This document shows positions 1-12,226 of a stretch of DNA of 64,000 nt, one piece after another. Each line of letters starts with the position of its first letter. Positions within the stretch are counted from its first letter, which is position 1. The position numbers and the translations under genes were made by a program. Source of the stretch: Octopus sinensis (taxonomy: Eukaryota); contig NC_042997.1 of NCBI RefSeq assembly GCF_006345805.1, positions 160,394,001 to 160,458,000 of the forward strand, given 5' to 3'. The notes under the pieces are model-generated. The model had not been told where the DNA came from, made no database searches, and saw only the letters and a list, made by a program, of their open reading frames with translations.

Positions 1-1359
1 ATTATATATTATACATCATTGATTCTTATGGAATAATTATTGAATTTTGTTTTCTTATTATTATTCTGTCTTCATATAAATTATTATTAACTAACAGTGT
101 CTTTATTATCAAACAATATTGTGTAGATCTGAAATGGCTTCAATTTTTTACGGCTACGAATTCTCTGGGGACCACTGGTGGGTTCCAGGGACCACATTGG
201 GAATCACTGCTTTAAACAATACTGGATGAAATGAATATTGAAATTATTTACAAATTTTGTTAGTACATGAAACATGTTATAATTTACAAGTTCCAGTAGA
301 ATATGTGACAAAGATAATATTCCTAGCTGAACTTATTCCCTTTAATTTTCTTGTACCAGAAACTTCCAACCCCAGCCAATATTAACGCCAGATAACTTAC
401 GCAGGACATTTTCATAATAAAGAAGAAAAAATTAAAAGGCTTTCATCTTTTTCTTTAAACAAAAGAATTTTTATAAAGATATATATAAAGGATAGCTTTA
501 TGGTTGAAAAATTTGCTTCACATCCATGGGTTTCTGGGTTCAATTATGCTGTATGGTATATTGGGTAAGTGTCTTTTACTGTAGTCTTAGGTTGATCAAT
601 GTCATGTGAGTCAAATTGGGAGAATGATTCTATGAAGAAGCCCGCAAGATGTGTTTGTGTGTATGTGTGTGTGTTCATTTACATGTTTACTACTCTAGTA
701 TACTAGGCTATCAAAGGTTACTTTCAATGAACAGGCATCGTTAAAATGGGACCCTGCCCTATGTTTGGAATTATCTCTAATATTGATAGGGTCAATGAAA
801 GACACCCAAAGACAGTGCCTGAGCATGGTCATAGCACACTGACTGAAATTAATAAAAGAAGAAACAATTCTAGGTTTCAAAACATTTTTTAATGATAAAC
901 ATCCAAATGTAAAGACAATGTTAAATGACTTTTCCAGGTGTAAATGTATGCATACATGCATAAATGGAATTTCCTTCTAAGTAGAAGTTCACCCGAAACA
1001 AAAGTCATGGAAATTATTAGGATGAATATTCTTTGGGTGGGAGATCAGAATAAATAAAAGAATGCAAGTGAATGTGTCATGTAAAGTGGGATGGGTGGGT
1101 TGGTGAGGTGCACAGCTGCCTTCAGAAACAACAGTAAAAAATCTCTGGTTTCATAATGGTTGAATCATTCGCCCAAAACAATGAGATTTTTGTTTCTTTT
1201 TTAAGACATGTAATAGTAGACATGTAGTGGGGGAATACTTATATTGATAGGAATCATTAATTAACAAGAAAATAATTATACATACACACACATATATATA
1301 TATATAAATATATATATACAAAATGAGAAAATGGAGAAATATATCCAAATCAATCATCA

Positions 1360-1900
1360 ACCATCAGATAATACCGAATCAATACTTTATTAAACCACTA
1401 CACAATAGCAATGATATTATACATTAATATAGTGCAAATATAACAAGACATAGAAATACATTTACATTGTAGCTGACAGCTGTTTCGGCCGTGAAGACAG
1501 GTATGTCCCATTTAACCTATTAGCCATATAAAGCAGGTATAAATGAGACATTAACAAGAATATCTCACGGCCTCTTCAGAGAATTTAATGCAAGTATGAA
1601 AAAAATTTACATATAAATATAAATATGTGTGCATACACACTCATATTCTTACATATATATATATACACAATAATACAATATAAACAATATACATCAATAT
1701 GCATCAACAAACACAATAATGTTCCATATTGAACTCCACAGTTCCATAACCAACATCAAGAAACCACAACATGTACACTCACACTCAAAGCAGGCATATA
1801 TATTGAACAGTCCAATATATTAAAATGTGCCATTTCACAAAAAGTCAATAAAATTAATATCACCACGACTGATACATATATATTTCAATCATATATATAC
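1360..1900 (-). mobile_element. Penelope-like non-autonomous/terminal repeat containing a minimal hammerhead motif (boundaries approximate)
   Basis: Contains the hammerhead-like motif at 1465-1590, with an AATAAA downstream on the minus strand (~1385-1390). Confidence 0.45.
1465..1590 (-). ncRNA. Minimal (PLE-type) hammerhead-like motif with long helix II loop
   Basis: Minus strand reads CTGAAGA-ggccgtga...(~70 nt)...tcacggcc-GAAAC-AGCT-GTC. Helix II is a perfect 8 bp and loop III is palindromic (AGCT). Helix I is weak (2 bp, mismatch, then catt/aatg). Confidence 0.65.
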
Positions 1901-2387
1901 ATATATACATATAAATATCATCAAATGCATGTATGTATCTGAATATGTCTTGTTTGATTTACATGTTTTTCGAGTCAAGTATGTTTTAAATTAAAAAATG
2001 ATTGAAGTATTCTTTCACAACCAGATGCCTTTCCTGTCATTAACACTTGACTGTGTTTTAAATAAGGAATCTCTTAATTACACATGTCTTGAAAGGCTTG
2101 AAGTAAGCAGACAATTTGTCAACCAGAGAAATGACAACAGCAAACCTTGTAGCTTGCAACTTTTATAGAGCACAAACATAAACAGATATACACACATATT
2201 ATATAGATAGATTTCTTACAGGTTCTATCTATCAAATTCACTCACAAGGATTTGGTCAATCTTGGCTATCATAAGTGATACTTGGCGAAGTTTGCCATGC
2301 ACTGGGACTGAGCTCAAAACCATATGATTAAGAAGGGAACTACGTGCCTGTGCCTTCTATCAGTCTTTCTGTACATATGTATGCGTG

Positions 2388-2441
<54 letters not shown>

Positions 2442-2743
2442 TATAGTATGTAGATAGGCTTGTAATCGAAGCCGTGTCCTTGTGAAGCACACCTGTATAT
2501 TCCAGTATGCCAATATTGTATGTAGATGTTATAATTGTGTGAGGTATGTATAAGAGTAGAAAAATATTGGAAAATAATATCTGCAGAGTAATTACGCATC
2601 AAAACAGTAGAGTGGAAAATATTTTTAGTATTATTTATTCACCATTGCACATGTTTCATTTGCTAGTACGAGTTAGAATATTATACATGTAAGAGAAAAT
2701 TATAAAATATCTCTTATTAAAAACTCCTCAGACAGCGAATCAA

Positions 2744-3976
2744 TTATCAGATTGAATAAAAAATAAGCAACGTTTTGAACCATGAAGAATTTGTACCAGA
2801 TTTTTGCAGGGTTTTGAATTTTTGTTAAACATTTTTTTGCAGTTGTCTGATAACAGATATAAACTTACCCAAATGCATCAATAAATTAACATTTATATTT
2901 TTTTTCCCCATTCATACAATCATCTGAAAGGGAACTGTGAAAGTGCGATATTTAAGCAGTTTTGCAATTCAACTTCAAAAAAGGATGTAAAGCAGCTAAA
3001 ACTGTTCATGATATCAATGAAACATTTGGTGGGGAAATGACCAGTGAGAGGTCAGCTTGAAAATGGTTTAAATGATTTTGCAGATTGTGAGCATTATGGA
3101 CGCCCATCTGTCATCGATGACAGTCAAGTAGAGACTGTCATTGAGAAAGATCCATATAAAACCACTTGAGAACTGGCAAAAGAACTTCAAGTTAGTCAGA
3201 AAACTGCCTGCAACCATTTTCATGCAATCATAAAATCAAAAAAGCTCGACAAATTTGAATGAAAATCAGAAAATGCTTATTGCTTCTTCTCCGCAACCAG
3301 ACCAATCCATTTCTTGACCATATTGTAACTTGCAATGAAAAGTGGATTCTGTACAATAAAAAACGTTCTTTGCAGTGGTTGGAGCAAAATGAAGCACCAA
3401 AAACCTTCCCTAAACCCAAGCTCTTCAAAAAGGTTATGGTGACTGCTTGGTGGTGTACTTTTGGAATCATCCATTATAACTTTTAAAATCTGGAAAAAAC
3501 ATTACTGCAGAAACATATTGTCATGAAATTGCCAAAATGAAAGAAAAACCGCTAATCCTCTGTCCCAGACTGGTCAACAGAAGAGGGCCAACCATTCTTC
3601 ATAACAATGCTCGACCATAAATTTCACTAATGATGCTCCAAAAGTTGAAGGAACTTGGCTATGAATTTCTTCCCCCCCCAGCTTATTCCCCAGACCTTTC
3701 TCCTACCGACTACCACTTTTTCAAGCACCTTGATGGTTTCCTGAAAGAGAAGGAGTTCAAAAATCAAACTGATGCTGAAACTGTGTTCAAGGAGTTCATC
3801 AGCTCCAGAACTCCAGATTTTTATGTTACCAGAATAAACAAACTTGTAACTCATTGGCACAAATGTGTTGATTGTAATGGTACTTACTTTGATGAATAAA
3901 ATTTCCACATTGCTGAAATATATTGTGATGAATTTCATGTTTCAAAACGTTGCTTACTTTTTACTCAGCATGATAA
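2744..3976 (+). mobile_element. Full-length decayed mariner (DD34D) transposon
   Basis: The ~40-bp imperfect TIRs (ttatcagattgaataaaaaaataagcaacgttttgaaccatgaa and its counterpart at the right end) are followed by TA at 3977-78. The transposase is broken into pieces: HTH region ~2940-3070, (D>N)EKWILY, HNNARP and YSPDLSPTDYHFFKHL. Confidence 0.93.
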
Positions 3977-4229
3977 TACTCTCTAATTTTCTGTCAGAAG
4001 ACTTTCTAACAGAAGATATCTTACATGTTTCTCTGTTAAATACAATTTGTAACCCCTATTAGTAAATGAAACATGTGTAATGGTGAATAAATAATACCAA
4101 AAATTTTTTCTTATCTCCTGTTTTGATATATGTATATGTTATATTATACAAGATATACTATATTATCATTAATTGATGGATGCAAAGAAATAAGAAACTT
4201 GAAGTAGTCAACTCCAAAATATAGTTGGG

Positions 4230-4320
4230 GTAGGTAGAATGGGGAAGTAAATGTCAATAAGAACTAACTCAGTCTTGCCAAACAGATGCCAGGACCAAAA
4301 CGTGATGATGATGATGATCA

Positions 4321-4381
<61 letters not shown>

Positions 4382-4700
4382 AATATGGCGTAAAAGAAAG
4401 AAAATGGTAAATCTAGTTGAGTTGCTCATGAAGATAACATGGATGCCGCTCGAGCTCAAAAGATTGGCTGTTATGAAAACCTCCTAGAGGAATGTGAAGA
4501 CACAGGCTGGAAAGCAGAGCATTTTTCAATCAAAGTTGGATGTAGAGGGTTTGTTGGACACAGTGTGAAGTGACTATTGCCATCATTGACTTAATTCATC
4601 GCAAAGCAAATACCACTAGGAGTAATATCCAAACTACACTGGAAAAGGCAAACCACTGGATTTGGTTAGAAAGCAACAATGAGCAATGGCTAGAAGAATA
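4230..4700 (+). mobile_element. 3' fragment of HERO/NeSL-type non-LTR retrotransposon (restriction-like endonuclease domain)
   Basis: Conceptual translation across frameshifts gives D-[AT microsatellite]-MIIWRKRKKMVNLVEL...HEDNMDAARAQKIGCYENLLEECEDTGWKAEHFSIKVGCRGFVG, matching the PD...EL.VP.E...K..KY...EVG.RG signature. Confidence 0.7.
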
Positions 4701-4984
4701 TTGAGTGAAACCTGATGACCAGTTGATCTAGCAAGCAGGGTCTCATTTCAGTGAGGGGTGCCCAATGATGCTGTCAAGAGATAGGTCCCGAAATGGCAGG
4801 TATTCTCTCCTAATGGCCCCATAAACTTGCTAGCATCTGGTATGCAGGGCTTCCAACAGGTAACACTTGCATCTGCATGTTGTTTGCAAAAAAATATTTA
4901 AAAATATATATTCGACCCTGTGCTTGAGGAAACCTATTGAGTCAAGTACATCAACATCAAAAATCAATGGAAATTGTAGTTGTG

Positions 4985-5310
4985 ATCCCTGTGCCGGTGG
5001 CATGTCAAAAGCACCGTCCGGATGTGGCCAATGCCAGCGCCGCCTTCACTGGCTTCCATGCTGGTGGCATGTAAAAACCACCAATCCAATCGTGGCCATT
5101 GCCAGCCTCGCCTGGCACCTGTGCCAGTGGCACGTAAAAAGTACCCACTACACTCACGGAGTGGTTGGCATTATGAAGGGCATCCAGCTGTAGAAACACT
5201 GCCAGATCAGACTGGAGCCTGGTGCAGCCTTCTGGCTTCCCAGATCCCGGTTGAACCGTCAAACCCATGCTAGCATGGAAAACGGACATTAAACGATGAT
5301 GATGATATTC
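4985..5310 (+). mobile_element. RTE LINE 3' UTR fragment with (GAT)n tail
   Basis: Near-identical reverse complement of 7911-8108, the 3' end of the RTE element described next. Confidence 0.85.
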
Positions 5311-5968
5311 ATGATCCGCATTATCATCACTTTTCTATGCTGGCATTAGTTGGGCAGAACTGAGCCAGTACCTCCACCTCCAATCCCAACTGAGTTGCAG
5401 GACTACATTTTGTTCATACTTTCTCTTTGCAACATAAGTTTCTGTGTCCGGATTTAACACCAACCACCTTACAAAAAATGTTTTTGTGTGTGTGAGGGTG
5501 TAGTTAGTATAACAAATAGGAGAAAAACTATTCAATAATATAGTAGGGGGTAACATATTTTAGTTGATCCAGTAGCATCATAGACAATGTCTTTGTGTTT
5601 GTCCCTATCCCAAATTAACAATTGGTGTTGTTTTGTTTATGTCCTTACAACTTCACGGTTTAGCAAACGACACTGATAAATAACAAACTTAAAAATATGT
5701 AGTGGGCGCAATTAGTTTCACTAAACCTTTCAATGTGGTGCCACAGTTCAATAACTGAAACAAGTAAAAGAGGTAATGTATGAATGTGTATATATAAGAA
5801 CTACACATACAAACCTATCTGTAGATAGAATAACAAAAAGAGAGGAGAGACACAGGCAGTAATAGAGAAGCTAGTTATATTAGTCAGCAATTGTTAGACT
5901 TTTTGAGAAAATCTAAAATATATAAGTTTACTTGTATGTCTGTATCCAACAATGTATATTATTCTCAG

Positions 5969-6103
5969 ACTTGCACGTTATTTGAAATACAAAAAGGTCA
6001 CAAATTTCCAGAACTTTCACATATATTGCTCAGATGAAACTTGGCTGAGTGACCCAAGTGTCTTATGTTCAGTAATCTTCTATTTATTAGACAAGACAAA
6101 CAT
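5969..6103 (+). CDS. Candidate 135-nt internal coding exon of an unidentified gene (LARYLKYKKVTNFQNFHIYCSDETWLSDPSVLCSVIFYLLDKTN)
   Basis: Acceptor ttattctcAG, donor GTAAGC, open frame, symmetric phase 2-2, non-repetitive sequence. No homology recognised. Confidence 0.45.
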
Positions 6104-8565
6104 GTAAGCACTGAGGTGCGACTGGCACCTTTATTTATGATACTGAGAATGATGGATTTTAGTTCAAATAAGAATGCAATTATTTTGTTTAACATTGTTA
6201 CAGTAGTTTGTTTTAATATTAAAAGTGATGTAATTCAATTTAAAAGATCTCTGATATCACCGTTAAAAACCAGTGTTCAATTCTTGTTTCATCTTAACTC
6301 CTTAACATTCAGATTGTTTATTCACATTGCTTTGAATTAATCATGCATTACCTGTAGCCTTGAGATTTAATTGATCTGATTGCTTATTTTTAGATTGACT
6401 TTCTAGAGGCCAGGCCTGACCGGTTTGAACATAAAACAGGTAGAATATTTGGGCCAGATATGGCCGGTTTAAATGCTAAAAGGAGAAACATATCAATTAA
6501 AATCTTCCTTGCTACATGGAGAGGAAGCCACTCTGTCATGTGTTAACATCATCAGATGATCTAGTTCTTATTCCCAATGTTTCAATAATGTGAAGTGTCA
6601 TCATGTAGTCAACATCATTTAACATCCATGTTTCATGCTGGCATGGGTTGGACAGTTTGACGATGAAGAATTAATTGTTATGTCCAAATATACAATGAAA
6701 CATCAATGCTTCATTGCATATATATAAGCAGATAAAAAAATCATAGTGACTGCCTGCAAGCGAGTATGACTTAGTAATGTACATCATGCTTTCACTCATT
6801 ATTTTAAGTGTCTACATAGTTACAAGCAGATAGACACTCTACTGACCTTCTCACCTTTATCTCATAATTTTGTTGATCCAAACACCTGATTAATAATTCA
6901 AGAAAGTAGTTATTTTACTCAGACTGTTCAAATTGATTATGTTTATTTACTTGGGAACATGACTATAAAAGAATTTAGCATCAAATTTGATTTCAACTTA
7001 CATTTTCCACATTTATTCTAACAACAGTGTAATAATACTTCTGTAACCTCTCGGAGGAAACATGACTCCTCCTTCACTCCTCTCCACCCTTCATTTATGG
7101 TTTGAGAATAATTCTATAATTGTTGTAAACTGGAATAGAACTTACTCTCTTTCTGCTCACATCCATTCTCCATTTAATGCTACTTGGTTTGCATCTTTTA
7201 GAGAGATAGATTAGATAAAATGGACTCAAAGACCAACTAGAAAGTGAAAGTAGTATCTAACTTAGGATGTCTCATAGATAGTGGTGGCAATGGTGTTGGA
7301 GGTGGTAGATGTGGTTATCATGGCAGTGGTGGTGGTGGTGTAGTGTTGACAGTGGATGTGTATGATGGCAGCAATTATAGTGTTGGTGTTTTTGCAGAGG
7401 TGGTGGTGTGGTGGTGGCGGAAGTGGATGATGATGATAATGATGATGATAGAAGTAGTGGCATTGATTATGTTAGGATGTCTCAGTAGTGGTTGTGAAGA
7501 TGATTCTGATATTGATAGTCTTTGCATTGAGGTGGTGGCAGAGTCAGAGTAAATAATAAGAGCCCAGTTAACACAAGATTCTTAAATTTTGGAGATCTTA
7601 AGATAGAGAGCAAGAAGTTAAAAGTTCCAATACTGTCCCAATTCCTACACCCCAGATTCTTCAACTATTTTATAAGAAAGGGGTTAATGGCAGGTTGTAT
7701 ACCAAAAAATACATAAATAAATTACTGTTTTATTCTTTGGCAACACGTGTTTCATGAGGTACATCCTTGGGTTCCTAAACCACACCTTGTTTCCCTGGAA
7801 CCCCTCTCAAGATGCCAACACAATCATCAAGCCCTGTTAGTGTGTGTGAAGAGACAGAGAGAGTAATGTGTGAAAGAGAGAGATAACTGAAATTTTTTAC
7901 TCGGTGTATCATCATCATCATCATCATCATCGTTTAACGTCCGTTTTCCATGCTAGCATGGGTTGGACGGTTCAACCGGGATCTGGGAAGCCAGAAGGCT
8001 GCACCAGGCTCCAGTCTGATCTGGCAGTGTTTCTACAGCTGGATGCCCTTCATAATGCCAACCACTCCGTGAGTGTAGTGGGTAATTTTTATGTGCCAGT
8101 GGCACAGGTGCCAGAGGGGTCTGGCATCGGCCACGTTCGGATGGTGCTTTTTATGTGTCACCGGCACAGGTATCACAACTACTGTTTCCATTGATATTTG
8201 GTTTGATGTTCATGTACATGCACTTGACTCAACAGGTCTCCTCAAGCACAGTGAGATGTTCCGGGATCCAAGGTACTTTGAATGGGCAGGGGGTATGCGG
8301 AACTGGTGCCGGAAGCATTACGGGTCTTAGTAGTCACAGCACATCTCCAGAGATCTCAGTCCTTCGCCATTGCCTCAGTGAGGCCCAACGCTCTGAGGTC
8401 ATGCTTGCCTACCTCATCCCATGTCTTCCTGGGTCTACCTCTCCCCCTGATTCCTTCAACTGTTCGGGAGTGGCACTTCTTCACACATCTCTCCTCATCC
8501 ATCCGCAGTACATGACCATACCATCGCAAGCGTCGCTCTTGCACACCGCATCTGATGCTTCTTAT

Positions 8566-11500
8566 AATAATAATAATGAAATTATTGTATACAGTGCTCA
8601 GGTGCACCACAACTTGTCAGAAAGTGCATATAAAGTACACGCAGCAATGTAGAAATGTCTGGAAAGTGAACATGCTTGTGTGTGTATGGAGGGGAGAAAA
8701 TCAAGTGTAGTGTTGGCGAATCTCAGGAAGCATGGAAGTTTTGAAGGATGCAGTGCTCCGACAACTAACAACCGATGCCGGCAGTTTGTTCCACGCTTCA
8801 GCAACTCTCAGCGTGAAAAAATGTTTCCTGAAGTCATGGGAGCTGTGCTGTTTTCTTACTTTGTAAATATGTCCACGGGTGTTAGATGGGTGGAGTTTGA
8901 AGAGGTGCTCAGAGTTATTGTTTGTGCGATGGTTGATAATTTTATGGGTGTCTGCCAAGTCAGCTGCCAGACGTCGGAGTTTTAATGTGTCCATGCCCAG
9001 GGAAGTAAGGCGTTCAGGATATGGCAAATGCCTGATGGAGGATATTCTTTTGGTTGCACGTTGCTGAACAGCTTCTAGACGATTGATGTCCTGGGCAAGA
9101 TAAGGGTTCCAGACCGGTGATGCAAATTCCAGGTGAGGTCTTACCATAGCTATATAAAGCCGCAGATAGATAGCCGGAGAGCGGCTCACAAAGGATTTGG
9201 TGAGTGATGCCAAGACACCCTCAGCCTTCTTGACAATTTTAGCGATGTGTTTTGTCCAACGCAAATCACTGTCGACAATAACACCCTGGTCACGTTCACT
9301 TGAAGACTTTTTGAGACTAGTGTTGTGGAGGGAGTAGGTGGACGCTGGGTTTCTCCTCCCAAATTGCATGGTGGTACATTTGTCCACAGCCAGCTTCAGT
9401 TGCCAGTCCATGATCCACTGCTGCATTGTGTCCAGGTCTGCTTGCAATAGAGATCCATAGTGTACAGGATTTGACCTCTTTATTTGGAGGTACAGCTTGA
9501 TGTCATCTGCATATTTCAGCACTGTGGCATTCTTTAAGTTGGCATCTATGTCATTAACATATGCAACAAATAAAAGAGGGCCAAGAACAGATCCCTGCGG
9601 CACACCAGATGTCATCTGATAGGGCGAAGAGTGCTGTCCTAGAACTGTGACAACCTCTTTTCGGCCGAAAATAAAGGACTTTAACCAGTTATAGAGTTCG
9701 TCTCTTACACCCAACGCAGAAAGCTTCACCATAAGTCTTTTGTGTGGCACAGAGTTAAAAGCCTTAGCAAAGTCCAGGTAAACAACATCCACCCAGGATC
9801 CGCGATCAGTGATTTGGGTAACGTCCTCAAGAAACTCGATGAGTTGATTACAGCAGCTGGAGTTAGGAATAAATCCGAATTGTGACGGCTGGCTGAGGCT
9901 GTGAGACTTCCAGAAGTTCCAGAGGGTTTCTCTGATACAGGATTCCATCAGTTTGGCGATGCAGCTAGTAAGACTGACGGGGCGATAGTTGACAGGCGAT
10001 GTGCGGTCGCCTTTTTTTAACAGAGGGATGACACTGGCAGTTTTCCACTGTTCTGGAGTAACACCATTGTCGAGACAGAATTGGAAGAATAGAGAAAGTT
10101 GGCATAGAAGAAAGTACCCACTGCGTTTGAGAAGTAGGTATGTAACACCATTGAGACCAGGAGAGGCATAATTGCGTTTATTCTTTAGGTGGCGTTGCAG
10201 CATTGCTGGTGTAAATTGCATAGAAGATATAGAGTCCGATGTCAGTGGTGATGATGATGAAACATTTTGGTCTTCGACAGTAAAGATGCCGGCATAGCAT
10301 CCAGCAATGATTTCTGCACATTCTTCGGGATTGCCAGTAATCTGTCCTGTGTGGGGATTGCGAAGGGGTCCAACAGGAGAGTGGGGTCTCTGCTTTGAGT
10401 CCACATACTTCCAGAACCCTTTGCTGTCAGGGTTAGCTGCAATGCGTTGTTCAAATTCAAGCACTGCCTTTTTTGTCACCTGCTTGAGGTGGTTGGCTGA
10501 CCTATTGCGCTTTTTCCTGTTGCTCTCTGATTTATGCAATTTGTATTCCCGTTCAGCATTACGGCGTTCTTTCCTGGCAAGTCGGACTGCTGCAGTCTCC
10601 CAAATTGCACTATTGGGTGGTTTTTTGTGCTTGCGTGGTACTGATGCTGCACATGCTGCCCATATTGAATTCAGAATGTTCTGGAGTATAGTGTCCACAT
10701 CTCCAGAGGCATAAAATTCGCGCCAGTTTGGGCGTTGCAGCTCAGTACAATAAGAGCTCCAGTTTGCTTTATTCCAGTCAAAGCGGGCAATCTGAAGATG
10801 GTTGTGTTTTTTTGTTACAACCAATCAGAGACAAGTCGGCCATGATCATGGAATGATCAGAGTCACCCAAAGGTTCTTCGGTAGCGACACTAATGATTGT
10901 TTCAGGAGAAGCGGTTAGTAGCAGATCCAAAGTGTTGTTACCTCTTGTGGGGGAGGTAACAACTTGGGACCAATTCGAATTCAGCACCAGTTCAAGAAAA
11001 TCGTCTGCACTTTGCGGCCAACGGAAGGCCTCCCAGTCAATCTCAGGGAAATTGAAGTACCCCGCAACATACACATATGTGGCTGTTTTCATGGCAGCCG
11101 CCCTGAGGAGATCAAAAAGCTGTGCGTCTTGGCGATAATTTGGAGGACGGTAAACGACTCCGAGCAGAAGTGTTGACATGGTCATGTGTACATTGCAGAA
11201 AAATACCTCCTGCTGAGATTGGTTCAAATCATCACAGGGGATTGCCGAAAGACTTGATCGAACATAAATCATCACACCCCCTCCACGGCGATTAATGCGG
11301 TCTTTGCGGAACAGGTTGTAGCCGGCTATGCTGAAAACTCCATCACAGAGTGCAGAGTGTGCCCACGTTTCCGTGACTGTGATGAAATCTGGGTTGATAC
11401 TTTTGACGTAGGAGACAAAAAGATGCACCTTGTTGCATAAACTACGGGCATTCAAGGACAGCAGTTTATATCTGGATTTCAGATGATGATATACAGGGGA

Positions 11501-11692
11501 TGGCTGATTGTTCTTGGTTAGTTTCCCCAAGATTTTTGCATTGCCAGTTGTTGTTGTGGGTGTAGTCTGCTCAGTCCAACTGGCATCCCTTATCCACGAC
11601 TCACCAGACTTGACGAATGTCCAGATCTGCCCATCATCGCGGAGGCTAAAACTCTCCCGTGGCACAGAGTTGCGATTTAGGGAAGCCACGGA
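8566..11692 (-). mobile_element. CR1-group LINE, 5'-truncated in ORF1, nearly intact ORF2 (APE + RT), (ATT)n tail, 7-bp TSD
   Basis: APE ORF 10778-11689 (LNARSL, ITVTETW, DHSMI) and RT ORF 8701-10824 (707 aa with no stop; YLDFAKAF, GVPQGSVLGP, YADD) are joined by one frameshift in a T7 run (10807-10813). TTCTTAT is duplicated at 8559-8565 and 11693-11699. Confidence 0.95.
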
Positions 11693-12094
11693 TTCTTATG
11701 CCTAGCATTTCTCTCAGGGTGCTTACACTCTGTCGTGCATTCACACTGACATTACACATCCAGCGGATCATGCTAGCTTCATTTCTTTCAAGTCTACGCA
11801 TGTCCTCTGCAGTCACGGCCCATGTTTCACTGCCGTGAAGCATGGCAGTTCGCACACATGCATCATTCAATCTACCTTTCACTCTGAGTGAGAGACCCTT
11901 TGTCGCCAGTAGGGGTAGCAGCTTTCTAAACTTTGCCCAGGCTATTCGTGTTCTAGTGGTGACACTCTCTGAGCATCCACCCCACTACTAACTTGGTCAC
12001 CCAGGTAGCGGAAACTATCAACTACTTCTAGTTTCTCTCCCTGGAGTGTGATGGAATCTGTTTTCTGAGTGTCTGTGGTGTCTATTGTCCCTGT

Positions 12095-12226
12095 GCATCT
12101 GCCGCACATGAAAGCTATCTTATCTGTTAATTTCCCTTTAATGTTGCTGCACCTCTTGTGCGTCCATAGCTTACATTGGGTGCATCTTATGGAGTTTCTA
12201 CCTACACCTTTCCTACAGCTCGAGCA
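12095..12226 (-). other. PHD-type zinc finger (C4HC3) embedded inside the RTE reverse transcriptase
   Basis: CSSC-x10-CTQC-x4-H-x2-C-x14-CGRC, in frame between NVAKNKVIV and LEVVDSFRYLG. Confidence 0.8.
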
